Shown here piece after piece: positions 41,743 through 58,210 of a stretch of DNA of 64,000 nucleotides. The notes beneath the pieces were generated by a model. That model saw only the letters and a program-made list of their open reading frames with translations, did not search any database and was not told the origin of the DNA. The translations under genes and the position numbers were made by a program. Each line of letters starts with the position of its first letter. The stretch's first letter is position 1. The stretch is from Utricularia gibba (taxonomy: Eukaryota > Plantae > Magnoliophyta): contig NEEC01000011.1 of assembly GCA_002189035.1 (NCBI GenBank), positions 2,728,001 through 2,792,000 on the forward strand, given 5' to 3'.

Positions 41743-42808
41743 ACAGACACTGGGTTGGCGGAAAAGGTGAGATTCTCCCTGAACAGTTCGGTAGTTTTGT
41801 AGTTTCTGAGGTGCAGTGTCACTGAAACTGAGGTTATCTGCTGAATGCGAATGTATGATTTAAACCAATGGTGATCGTTGTTGCAGGAAAATTTCTGATA
41901 GTTCTGCTTCTTCTGTTTTGTTGTTTTTTTCTTTCAAGTCACTGGATCAAGCGTAGGTAATCGTGATGCTAGGTTTGCATTATGTTTGGCTATGTAAGAT
42001 GCGGGTTCCCGAGCTTTATCTCTGGGCATGGCTGCGGTTGTACCGAGCTCTAAGCACTCGATTCGTTTAGTCTGGGAAAAACTGTAGTAATTTTGCACTA
42101 GTGAATCACCACATTCTTGGATTGTCTGCCTGAAGGAGGTATTGCGAGCCCAGAGAAGAAACTAGCATACAAGAACAGAAAGGACAGAGAAGGAGCTTTT
42201 CCAAGCCTGGAAAACTGTGAAAATGGTACGAGGAAGACAGGCAAGCGACATCCCTGGAAATGCCCAGTGGGGTTCAACATTTAAATGCAGTGTGGTTTCA
42301 ATGGACAACAGCAGATACAGTTGCTCCATGGATCCCCTAACCCATCTCGTGCTACTGCAATTCCATCTCCGGTGGAACAAATCCACATATTCCCATAGTT
42401 GCGGTTACAGTTCCAGCTGAAGTATTATAAGTAGATCAGTCTAGTGAGTAGCTCACCTGTGACATCAGTAGAGCAAGAGAGCACAGAATTAGTAGACTCT
42501 GAAGGCCTCAAATCTCAAACGTCCACAATCCTCATCCAATCAGAGAAACTGCAGAATTGTGCAGCAGGAAGAATGCTGGAAAGCATAACTCAATGATGAA
42601 CCTTAGAAGTGAGGACATGACATGAAAACATATGGTTTGCAACGCCTCTAGAATGACATTTGGACCATCAGGGAAAAGCACAGAATCTGTACATAATCCT
42701 TTCCAGTGTTCATAGATATGCATATAGTCGAACATGACATATTCCAATGTTCATGAATCATATGAAATCACAAAAATAGTTGCAGGACACAAATTCTGGA
42801 TCCTCATC

Positions 42809-43924
42809 TCAAGCCAAAGCATTAGCTCCTGCAACAATCTCCAGAATCTCGCCTGTAATTTTAGCTTGTCTTGCCCTGTTATAAACTCTGGACAAGTTTT
42901 TCCGCAGCTCAACTGCATTATCAGTAGCATTACTCATTGCACTCATCCTCGCTGCAAGCTCACTCGCAAGAGATTCTTGCAGAGCTCTCAAAATCTGACT
43001 GTTGAGATAAAGCGGCAGCAAAGCATCAAGGATCTGAACAGGGTCCTGCTCAAATTGCAAGATTGGTGAAAAATCAGCCGTCTTGGTACGCATCACATCT
43101 CTTTCTACTGTGAGTTTCCCTTCTTTTGTGGTTAACCGGAAAAACTCGTCCTCTGCCGCGTCGACACAGACGCCGTTTATGTCGCAGATTTCTCCTCTCG
43201 GAGACAAGGGAAGTAGAGTGTGGATAACCGGATCGGATTTCACTAAAGAGACGAATTTTGTGTAGAGAAGCTCAACTTTATCCACTTCTTCGCTCACGAA
43301 AAGGGAAAACACATCGTCGGCGATCGCTTGAGCTTCCTTCGCCGTCGGAAGATTGCTTCCTTCGATAAATTTATCCACCGGAATATATGGGCGGCGGATG
43401 AAATACGAATTCCCTTTTTTCCCTACACTGATGACAGTGTATTCCAGGCCTAGAGTTTTCAATTCCCGGATCCGCGCCTCGGCCTTCTTGATAATCGAGT
43501 TATTGAATCCGCCGCAGAGCCCACGATCGCCGGTAACGACAACCAGCGCGACCTTTTTCACAGGGCGAACTTTTGTCAGCGGAATATCGATATCCTCCGT
43601 CCCCAGCTGCTCATTTATGTTATACAGAACCTCGACGAGCGTCTCCGAGAAGGGGCGAGCGTTAACGACAGCTTCCTGGGCTCTTCGGACTTTAGCGGCG
43701 GCCACCAGCTTCATGGCCTCTGTAATTTTCTGCGTATTTTTCACCGAGTCAATCCGATCTCGGAGCTCACGGAGGCCGCACTGGACCTGGGTGCATCTGG
43801 ACGACGGCGCCCCGGCGCCGGCGTTGGGGACGTGAAGAGGAAGAGGGGCGAGGAAGGAGCGTGAGGACAGGGCAGACGGATCGGGTTTGGAGGAAACCCA
43901 CATTGTCAGATTGGAAGCAGCCAT
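42809..43924 (-). CDS. ATPC1: Chloroplast ATP synthase gamma subunit, intronless
   Basis: MAASNLTMWVSS transit peptide, CGLRELRDRIDSVKNTQKITEAMKLVAAAK, redox insert CDINGVC, ending RQAKITGEILEIVAGANALA*. Confidence 0.98.
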   Translation of the reverse strand: MAASNLTMWVSSKPDPSALSSRSFLAPLPLHVPNAGAGAPSSRCTQVQCGLRELRDRIDSVKNTQKITEAMKLVAAAKVRRAQEAVVNARPFSETLVEVLYNINEQLGTEDIDIPLTKVRPVKKVALVVVTGDRGLCGGFNNSIIKKAEARIRELKTLGLEYTVISVGKKGNSYFIRRPYIPVDKFIEGSNLPTAKEAQAIADDVFSLFVSEEVDKVELLYTKFVSLVKSDPVIHTLLPLSPRGEICDINGVCVDAAEDEFFRLTTKEGKLTVERDVMRTKTADFSPILQFEQDPVQILDALLPLYLNSQILRALQESLASELAARMSAMSNATDNAVELRKNLSRVYNRARQAKITGEILEIVAGANALA

Positions 43925-44439
43925 GGATGAGCAAGACGAAATGATCCTCAACAACAGATGTTGTTTTGATCGAGAGGCAAGAAAGTGTTCATCAGTTCGG
44001 AGCGAAACGAGAGGTTCAGAGAAGACGACCGAGATTTTCAGGGGATAAGGAGGGTTTACTGTTTGGGCCTCGTTTACCGGGCCAGGCCCACTTCTCTCTT
44101 TCATAGAGAACATGCTCCTATATGGTCAGGAAAAAGGACACGGCTACCAACCTCACTTTGTGGTTTGATGAGGACACTGCTACTGCTAGTGCTTGCTCCT
44201 GTTCTTTTTTCATAGGCTGATGGGATCTGATCCCTTAAAAGATGTTGATACCAAATGATGATAACATTACCACGAGAATAATCTCTAGCACCCCAACAAT
44301 CAATGGAAAAGAGAAGTTGATTGAGTACAAATCGGACAACAAGACAGAAAAAGTTGCAGCAGAACAAGTACAGAGAGACATGAATTTGGAGGGTCTGTCT
44401 GTGCAGAGACTTGCGGCCCTTGTTCATGATCTCATCGGG

Positions 44440-47400
44440 TCACTGAACAGAGAAAAGTAGCTCACACACCTTTGTCTACAGTAATAAACACAAGTTTCAT
44501 TCAAGGAACGCAGGTACCTGAGGTGGCTGCTGCAGCATCTGCTGGCCTTGTTGTGGAGGTGGAGGGTAGTTGCCATATCCAGGATAGCCAGAATAGTAGA
44601 TGCTTGGATCCTGTGGGGGTGGAGCAGCGTATCCGTAAGTGTCATACCCATGTGGGTACCCATAGTATCCATTCCACTGGCTTTGGTCAGACTGGGGCTG
44701 GAACATAAGATGAATTGGATAGATGGGAAAAATTCAAGTTAAAATATGAGCGCTATGATGCTCAGGAAGATTGGATCGGAAAGCAAATAGCAATGATGAC
44801 CTGTTTACTGGACGGGTTACGGCCCCAAGACAGTCTGATGCTCTGTCCTCCTAATGGCGTTCCATTCAACACCCGCAATGCTTCTTCGGCACAGCTTCTG
44901 CCGCATTGGAATCATACAACACAATACAGGAATGAGGTGCCATTCAACCAACACTGAATAATTGGTGGTCATTTTCATGCAAATTGGTAATTACCTGTCA
45001 GCAAACTGGACAAACCCACACCGCTTGCCCACAGGTATCTTTACATGAAGCAGCTGTCCGTACTGTCCGAATACCTGCCTCAGATGGTCATCAGTGACAT
45101 TGGAATCCAAATTCCCAACAAAGATCTGGAAGAACAAAAAAAAACCACATAACTTTTCCTTTCTGCACCAACACAAGGTGAGCAAAAGTCTTAAAAAACT
45201 TTACTAACGGTAGTATTAGAGGGGTCATCCTCTGTAGGTAATGTTCCTTGTGAACTTGGGTAAGAGGCTGCAATTTTAGGACATGTGGTGGGAGAAACCG
45301 GAATTTAATCACAACAGCATAAAACAGAGCATAAAATTTATCTACCACACAGCATTAACAAAAATAGCTGAAATTTGCACCGTTGTGGCATTACAAGAAT
45401 TACATGAAGTAATACAAATTAAGCTAACAACTAAGAACACGAACAATGAGGAATCAAAAGGACATTTCAAGTTAAACAAATGCCCAAGCACTTAAACAAT
45501 GCATAACAACCTGACATCGTCAGAATACTCAAATCGTCAAAATCAAACAGAATATAGAACACAACCAAGCAACATGCCATCATAGACACAAGACAGTTAC
45601 CCAATAATACACCCATGGCACTAAAACCACGACTAATCATAAACTACTAACAAAAACATCAGGCTAACTTAACAGCACCATCACAAGGATAGGTCGGTCC
45701 TAAGGGTCAAAATTCGGGGATTACAAATTTTAAGCTTCAATCTAACAGAAATAAGAGCGTGAACAAAGGATTAAATAATAGCGAGATATACGGGAAGAAT
45801 AGATGAGCAGAGCAGAATCCCTCCAACACTCCAACCCATTTCTACTTAGAAACTCTGATAGTATGATTGCTTAAAATGCAAGATAGTTGGATAATTGATA
45901 ATCAAACTGGATAATTTATGAAAAAGAGCAAGGGAAACGAAGGATGGATATATGAAGGAAATAACGGCGGAAATGTAAACAATGGATAAGCGACCATAAA
46001 AATGGTTGGAGCTCAAAGTAAAAGGACTTAATGTGCCATAAAAAAGCTCTGGAATAATTAATGGATCAATATCCAAAAAAGCGCATTAAAGGAACTGACC
46101 TAAACACAACCAGGCATTTAAACGTTATCATTTCAGCTGAAATCAACTCCAGGCCCCTATGACAGAGCCTCCAGACGCCCGTTCTGAGACAACCGGAGTT
46201 TTTATGAGATTATGTAATGTAAGCATTTTTAAACCATTAACTTGCTAGTACAGAAAGGTAATGACTCTAGCAGAATGACTTCAAGAGCTCAAAGAAAGCA
46301 AATTAATAGCGTTTCACAACAAAATTGAATACGGCACCCCAACCCAATGAAACTGTCACGTTCAGAAATCAAGGTATCAGTTAATTAAGTACAAAAAAAG
46401 AGAAATAAAACACCAATTCTTATTGGCCTCGTAGCCTTTTGTGTCAAGGGGCTTACCAGTGGTTTGCACACTCCCTTTTTGTTTGTTTGCAGCCGGACCA
46501 ATTCTCATTGGCCTCGTAGAACAAAATCTCCCATTCATTTCAGTCATTGCGCGTATCTGTTCACTTTCATCACCAAACTTGACAAAACCATACCCTTTTG
46601 TCCGACCAGTGATTTTATCAGTGACGACCTTGGCACCCTTGACTGACTGGTAGTTGGCCCTAAAAGTCTCTTGAAGCATATAATCTGTGACATCAGCAGC
46701 CAAATCTCCAACAAAAATTGTGTACTCAAGAGCATCATCACGTTTCTCTCCAGCACCCATAGATGCCCAATTCATGCGAAAAGTTTGCTCCACATTCGGC
46801 ATCAAAGTACCATTGTATGCCTGCAGGCTCCTCTCAGCAGCAGCATGACTGGCGAATTCTATGAAACCATAGCCCTCCGGTTGCCCAGAATTCCTATTTC
46901 GTATCACTTTAACAGAGACAACCTAAAAAAGGGGTAAAGGCAGATTTCTAAGACAAACATATTACAAATTAACCTTATCGACACATTATAATGCGTCTGA
47001 ACTCTCTCCCCAGGAGAAAAAACTGATTGCTAATAATCGAAGTTAAAGGGAAAAACCAGGCCAGATTTGCAAGATAAGTGGACACACCCTACCCCGCTCA
47101 GTCAAGAGTTCCAAAAGTAAGACTTTCAATTCTTGAGTATGCAGCAGCCAGAAGAGAACCAAATACTCAAAACAATATCGACAATTCTCAAGTGACCCAA
47201 GCCGAATATGGAAAATAAACAAAAAGAGTACCTCCCCCGTCGCGGCGAAGCAACTATACAGATACTGTTCGTCCATCCAATACTGCAGATCTCCGATCCA
47301 TAAACTCCTAATCCCGTCATCCATCATCTGAACCTGCCCAGTCTGCACTGCACCATACTGCTGGGGTGGTGCCGTGCCCATAGGAGGCTGCGCCGGAGGC

Positions 47401-47546
47401 TGCTGGTAATAGTATGCCGCAGACGGCGGCATCTGAGGCGGCGGAACTTGGTACTGAGGCTGAGGAGGCTGTTGCTGCATCCACGGCTGCGGCTGCTGCT
47501 GGTACTGAGGCGGCGGCGGAACCATAGAAGAAGCCGGCGGCATCAT
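44440..47546 (-). CDS. RBP45: Polyadenylate-binding RBP45/47-family protein (three RRMs)
   Basis: Q/P-rich N-term, RSLWIGDLQYWMDE, EGYGFIEF, TIFVGDLAADVTD, KGYGFVKF, IFVGNLDSNVTD, KRCGFVQF, and Y/G/P-rich C-term. The stop TGA opens the last exon (44440-44442). Confidence 0.95.
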
Positions 47547-47885
47547 CTTCAATTTCTAGCCTGAGAAGGTGCGTCGAAGAAAAGGCGAAAACCCTAATCC
47601 AATCCAATAGCCGGTCGCAAAACAGACAGCAGCACCTCAGCCGCAGAAAACAAACTTTAATTTCCGTTTATTTATCTAAACCAAGCTTTAGTTGCCAATC
47701 TCACATGGGCCGGTTTCGGCAGGCCCAAATTCAAATGGTTAATAAATTTAATGAATTAAATTTATTTTTTTTAATGATTTAAATTTCAGTTTTAAGATTG
47801 TAATTTTTTTAAATAGCTGTTTTATTTAAGAGGAGGAGTACACGGGGGTCCCCAAAAAGACCAACCATTTTTCTTAAAATGGAAA

Positions 47886-49078
<1,193 letters not shown>

Positions 49079-49120
49079 TTAGATCTGAGCAGGTGAGGAG
49101 TATAGTGAAGACGATGAGTG

Positions 49121-49189
49121 TTATATGAAGGAAAAATATCTCCTTTTTTTGAATACAGCAAATAAAAAATATCTCATGAGAAAATATCT
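49121..49189. promoter_or_regulatory. THI1 promoter: TATA plus three evening elements
   Basis: AAAATATCT at 49133-49141, 49166-49174 and 49181-49189. TATAA on the minus strand at ~49121-49125. G-box CCACGTGG further upstream (~49403). Confidence 0.75.
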
Positions 49190-49701
49190 GAAACTGGATT
49201 GAGATAGAAAACCAACGTTGGAGATTTTTTCTAATTTTCTTGGGGTTTTCAATGACGTGGAAAATTTTGGACCGTCGGTTAGGGGAGTACCTAATCCCTT
49301 TTATCGGGACACAGTTTCCGAAGCTTGCCTATTTTGGCTGATCTCACTCGACATCTTGGGCCTACGTTAATGAGCCTCCATAACCATATTTGGGCCCTGG
49401 CTCCACGTGGTATATAAACGTATTAGGATTAAACTAAGTAAATATTTTAATATATTCAATTAATTAGAAGTAATTTACTTTAATAAAGTAATTTAAATCT
49501 CTCAAAACCCTTGTCTAAAAAATTTGCACTATTTTTTATACACTAATTTGATTTATTATTTAATTTTTATATTGTTTAATTGATTTAATATCCTCATGTG
49601 ATGTATAATCATAGATGACTGTGCATACACATCAACGGCGGCGCCTTGGAGATGACGGCCGGCGCTGAACCTTGGAGGCCGAGGCGGATCCAGAAGCAAG
49701 A

Positions 49702-52292
<2,591 letters not shown>

Positions 52293-53876
52293 CTAAAGTT
52301 GCCTTAATTTATAGCTGGATGAAGAAAACAAGTGAAATATTAGTGCACATGATAGAAAGGTACTCATAGCTTGAACAGATATATAAGCTGTATAGGAGGG
52401 AAGATCGTCAGGTCAACATATAATTTATGTTTCTGTACACTCATCCTCAACTAACTGAATCCCATCAATCTTGCGCCACAAGCCTCCGCTCACAAAAAAA
52501 CATTGCACAATGAATTACGTGTCAAGATTAAACCCCTAAGGCAAATAAATGATTGCAATCTTCCAGGCAAGCTCCTTCATCGACTGCACAAACCCCTTTC
52601 AAACAAGGCTTTCAAATATGAATTTTTCCCTTCAGCTCAGAAAGAAAACATCCTAAAACTATTTCTCAACCGAGAAAAAGAAAACTAAAGGACAAACGCA
52701 GAACACGTGAAAAAAAAGTGGAGCTTTACACCAAATACTAGACTAATAGATTGCAGGAACGATTACAACGATCATCTTTCCGAACCTTGATTCTTGCATG
52801 CGAGAAACATGGGCATTAAGTAATGAACGCACCCAAAAAGAAGAAGAAGCAACAAAATACAAAACCCAGAACAGGAAGAACTGAGAAAAGATTCGAACGA
52901 CTTGCAGCTGCTATCTCCAGTGGCGTAAATAAATAAAGGCGGGGGGAAAGGAAACGGCGAAAGATTGTCGCTTTTTGACGATATCCCGGCCAGCTATTAC
53001 TTTTTCTCACACCAGCAAGCAAGATCGTTGCCTTCCCTGGATCTTAAACTTCTCCAAAAGGAGGTTGAGTTACGTGGCTAACAATACAAATCGCGTTGCG
53101 TCAGAAGCAAGCGGAGAAAAGAGAATGGGCCTACAGAAACGGCGTCGCATTCGCATGTCACAGAAATCGCCATATCCGTTACCCACGAGGTGCTCAATAA
53201 ACAACTTGGGTGAGAGTACTGAAGGCAACTTTGCGACGTGCAGTTTTGAAATAACCAGTTCAAGAAACATTGGCAAGAGTGGCATTTCTTTACCGAAATT
53301 CTTCATCTTTGTATGAATGACATTCTTCTTCATCCCCGTTACTCGAAGAACCCTGGCCATCCTCAACCTGGTATTACAACCCAACACTGCTGTCGCGACG
53401 TTGAATTCGTTTGAAATTGACGCCGATTGAAGGCTAGCATCAACAGATGTTAGAGAATAGATGGTAAACAAAACCCACTGCTTTATTTGACAATGGATAC
53501 CGAAATGCGGCCAATTACAACTGAAGAAGCATGCAGTTAAACCCATGACAACTAATCGATTATGGGTTTTGATTCTTTTTTGAAGAATTGGGACTCTGAA
53601 TTTCTCTTACCCATTTGCTTTCAAGAGAATGGTTGCAAACAGGGAGTTGCAGAGAATCAGGGGGTCGTCGGACGGCGGACCGGCCGGTCAGAACAGGTGA
53701 AACTGCCAACACACTCAAAAATACTAATATAAAAAATAACTATTTATTTCTCATGTTAATTAATTAAAATATTGGGATATTATAAAAATCATAAAATATT
53801 ATTATAAGTTAAATTTATTATATTTATAAAATCTTATTAATCATTATTTCTATTCCGGTTGATCGGAAAGGCCGAT

Positions 53877-55114
53877 CTAGAAACACTGCCACGCTGTCGT
53901 TGAGGGAAGCATTATTGTGTTGGCCGTGGATGCCATCGCACCGGAGACGGTCATGGCGGAGGCGGTCGTGGTGGCAGATGCGATGGCCATGGCCTCCAGC
54001 GGCAGAGGGTGGCTATGGGTACCTTCGTAAGTAGTCACTAGAATTTTCGCATCCCCCGCTGATCTTTGAACCTGCGGGAGTTCGATACAAGTAACTGAAG
54101 GCAGCAGCTGTTCGCAGTTGTTTTGAATGGTAGCTTACCTGTTTCCTCACAGGGCAGCCGCTGGCCATCGTGCAACGGTAATAAGACCGTGGATAAGGAT
54201 TCCCTTTCGCCATTTTTTGCCCGTACTTCCTCCACTGGCACCCATCGGAGACCTTCTGATCCTGGCCAGAGAGACAACACAGGTTACCAAAATTCAACCC
54301 AGCCTCCTAGTCCCAATTCGCCTTTCTCACCATAGGTGCTTCTGATCGGGTCATGACGGAGACCCGAGGCTTCCTCATGATCGGATCGCCGATGTGCTCC
54401 GTCGTCCACGGCGAGCCCTGGTTCGAGTTCACGAGCTCCCGCTTCCTCTGCCCAACATCAGACTAAAAAATCACCGTCGAAAAGATGGTAAAAGGAGGAG
54501 GAGCTTCAACCGTGAAACGAATGAATGAATACTTGGTGGAGTCCATTTGGACCGCCTCTCGAGATCCGCCTCTGAAGCTCCTCGAAGCTTCTGGTCGTGG
54601 CGGCGAGCACGCCGTGAAGCTTCGCGTTCTCGGTGCTGAGCCTCTCCACTTGGGATTTAAGCCGGTCCAGCTTCGACATTATTACACAAACTAACGTTTA
54701 ACAATTTATTGAAAGGAATTACGATGATCCGACCCGAACCCGGATTTCGATGACTGAATATGGTACCCCTTCTATTACCTTCGCCTTCGCCGATCGGTTT
54801 CCAACTCCGCCGGCGCTCAGAAGTTGCAATGTCGTCTAGTGAAAGAAATCGCCGCGAATTTGATACTATTCCGATGGAAACAAAACCCATGAAAAAAAAT
54901 AGGCTCGAACACGGCACATTCCGAATCAGAAACCACTCACATTGACAGCAGATTCCGGCGAGGCATGAGCACGGATATCACCGTCGTTCCTCCTCCGGGT
55001 CACCCCCGGACCCTCATTGGAACCCATCGGAACCGCACCCCGGTACGCCGGAGCCGAGACAGCATCGATAACGGGCTTCTTCCCGGAAACCTCAACTCCT
55101 CCACATCCCTCCAT
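53877..55114 (-). CDS. Short group IIb WRKY transcription factor (WRKY6/31/42 clade), C-terminally truncated
   Basis: Zipper [15 protein letters not shown], then [77 protein letters not shown] with C-x5-C-x23-H-x-H intact. The exon 2/3 junction is one base out of phase. Confidence 0.85.
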
Positions 55115-55946
55115 GGACAACAACCGCACCTCTCCCAAGACAAATAAAACATTACAAGACTGAGTGACGTGTGTATGTAAAGTCAACGGAGTTGACCACG
55201 GCCAACAAAATTAATTTTAATAAAAGAAAATAGTAAAATAATGATACCTAGAGGGGGATCGGGGAGACCTACCCAGATGGAGACTGAAACTAAGGGCCCT
55301 AAGACAAGGACAGTGCTTCATGACCATGGGAAAGTCATGAGCCACAGTTGCTATGTGCACAAAGGCCTTCAGAGACCAAACATTTGGTACCTAGGTGAAG
55401 AGGTTGCACTTCTGGTCTTCCTTAAGTTAGTGTTTTCATTACTTGATGTACGTAACCTAATGTCTATGTGTAGTGCGAATGGAAAACGTAAATTCGTGAG
55501 ATGTCAATTCGGGTTATGTTTCAAAATAAATTTATAAAAAATGAAAATGAGTAAGAGAATTATGAGTTAAATTTAAGTTTTATATTTCAAAAGTAAAAAT
55601 AATTTATAATGTGAAAATATAAATTTTATTTGTATTTTTCAAAAAATAAAAATAATTTATGTTATGTATTTTTTAAAATATTAATTTTTATTTTTATGAA
55701 TGAGAAATGGGCTGGGCCGGTTGGGCCTCACTGGTCTTGGTTTTGTTGTTTTATGTGTATATTTTTATATTTTTTTGGTGAAACATGTTTTTATGTAGAA
55801 GAAGAAAATGCAGAGGAGTATTTTTATGCTTGAGACGGAACTGAGTCGGGTGTCAAGAACTCTCTGTAATCTGCTTCGGAATGCCTTAACGTTGCTTCGA
55901 AATCATCCACGGCAGGGTTTCTTTTCTGAGTTTTGAGCCATGATCA

Positions 55947-58210
55947 ATGAGCAAGATCGCCCATTCTGCAAAGCAACATCCGGCAGGGCTCGTGGCTGCG
56001 GCGGCGGCGGCAACAACCAGATCGTTAAATGCGGCAATCGGCCGTCTCTCTGCGGAAGGATTGCATCGTGGGTTCTCGAGACTTTCCGTTCCATGCTCAA
56101 GTCTCCTACAGCTTCGCCGGACTCGTTCACTTACCCATCGGTGCTCAAAGCTTGCACCTCGCTCAGGTTCTTTACTCTGGGCTTGTCGGTTCATCAGCGG
56201 ATCATTGTTAGTGGATTGGAGTCAGACTCCTACATTGCATCTTCGTTGATTAGTTTTCACACCAGTTTGAAGAACACTGACTTTGCAGTAAAGGTGTTCG
56301 ATAGAATGACCGACAGAAATATAGTTGCCTGGACGGCGATTATAAGATGCTATTCTTGTGCTGGTGATATGAAAAATGCGTTCTTTATGTTTAATTCAAT
56401 GCAGTATGAAGGCATCCCACCTAGCTCGATTACGATTCTGAATATGCTTTCTGGTGTTACAGAGAGTAATCATGCCGAAATGCTGCACACTTCCATAATT
56501 AAAAGTGGCTATGTTTGTGATACAGTTTTAGGCAACTGTCTGTTGAGTGTCTATGCAAAATGTGGAAGGCTTGAGGACTCAAGGCGGATGTTTGATCAGT
56601 TAGATGCAAAAGATCTAGTTTCTTGGAATAGCTTGATAAATGCATACTCCAGCATCGGTAACTTGAATGAAGCCTTGAAGCTTTTCTGCAAAATGAGACA
56701 AGAATGTATGAAACCAGATCAGCAGACATTTGGATCATTAGTTTCCGCTATTGCAAATGAAGATAATCTTGAAGTAGGAAGAGTAGTACATGGACAGATT
56801 GTGACAAACGGATTTGAGTATGATAAACATGTTGGAACATCTCTTGTTTCACTTCTTTCTAGATGTGGCAATGTAGAGCAAGCACAGTGGATTTTTGAGA
56901 GGTCTGATGATAAAGATGTAGTGTATTGGACATCCATGATTTCTGGACTTGTGCAGAAAGATTCTGCAGACAAGGCATTGCATATTTTCAAGGAAATGCT
57001 AACCTCAAGATTCACACCATCTGGCGCAACCATTGCCTGCGCTCTTGCAGCTTGTGCCCAGCTAGGATATTCAAAGCTTGGAAGATCAATACATGGCTTT
57101 GCATTGAGGAGGCGAATGATGGTAGACATCTCTACATGGAACTCTCTGGTTTCCATGTATGCAAAATGTGGCCTTCTGGAGAAGAGTTTTCAAGTTTTCA
57201 GTGACATGGAAAAAAGGGATATTGTCTCCTGGAATGCCATCGTTGCGGGCTATGCACAACATGGATATCTAGAGAGGTCACTGTATTTGTTTCAAGAAAT
57301 GAGGCTGTCCCAACAAGTGCCTGATTCAGTAACTGTCATCTGCCTTCTCCAAGCCTGTGCCTCAATTGGGGCATTCCAGCAAGGAAAATGGATCCATAAC
57401 TTCATCCTGAGAAGCTGTCTTGGACCATCCATTCGTGTGGGAACAGCACTGGTTGACATGTATGCTAAATGTGGTAATCTAGATTATGCTAGAATATGCT
57501 TCGACAGGATGCCGCAGCACGATAACATCTCCTGGAGCACCATCATCTCAGGATACGGTAGCCATGGAAGGGGGGACACTGCTCTGGATATGTTCTCAAG
57601 GTTCTTGCAAAGTGGACTCAAACCAAATGACGTTGTGTTCCTATCTGCTCTCTGTGCCTGCAGCCACAACGGCCTCCTGGAAACAGGTACCACGCTGTTC
57701 AATTCCATGACAAACGAGTATGGCATGGAACCATCCATCGAACACTGTGCGTGCATGGTGGATCTCCTCTGTCGAGCCGGCAGGGTAACCGAAGCCTATG
57801 ACTTCTACAAGAAGATGTTCACTGAACCCATGGTTGACGTCCTCGGCATACTCCTCGATGCCTGTCGGAGTTCCAGCAACGAAGATCTCGGAGAGGCGAT
57901 TGCCAAGGAAATCTCCAACTTCGAGCCCGATGATGCCGGCAAGTACGTGCAACTGGCGCACAGCTTCGCCGCAACAGCGAAGTGGCATAGCGTTGGAGAA
58001 GCCTGGGCCCAGATGAGATCCCTAGGGCTGAAGAAGCTCCCAGGGTGGAGCTTCGTGGAGATGCAGGGCGCCATAACCCCATTCTTCAACAGCCACAATT
58101 CGCATCCCCGACAGGAAGAGATCGTGTCGAGCTTGCAAAGCTTAACCAGTGAAGCCAGGGAAGCAGAGCCGTTATGGGAGTATGACGAATTCCTCGCCTT
58201 CTCCGCCTGA
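55947..58210 (+). CDS. PLS-class PPR protein with E domain (At4g04370/PCMP-E99-like), intronless; one-base frame break at ~56071
   Basis: Repeating P/L/S motifs (FDRMTDRNIVAWTAII, DLVSWNSLI, DIVSWNAIV, VGTALVDMYAKCG), E-domain PSIEHCACMVDLLCRAG and KKLPGWSFVE. No DYW tail. Confidence 0.93.

Noticed and set aside
42060-42750. Short ORFs between MORF9 and ATPC1
   Set aside because: No homology recognised; probably convergent 3' UTR sequence.
47640-47885. TPP riboswitch near THI1
   Set aside because: No CTGAGA/CCCTTTGAACCTGA-type aptamer core seen. In angiosperms the riboswitch is in THIC.
53070-53614. 158-aa minus-strand ORF and exon-like fragments upstream of the aspartic protease
   Set aside because: No recognisable family, and I could not assemble a phase-consistent spliced model.
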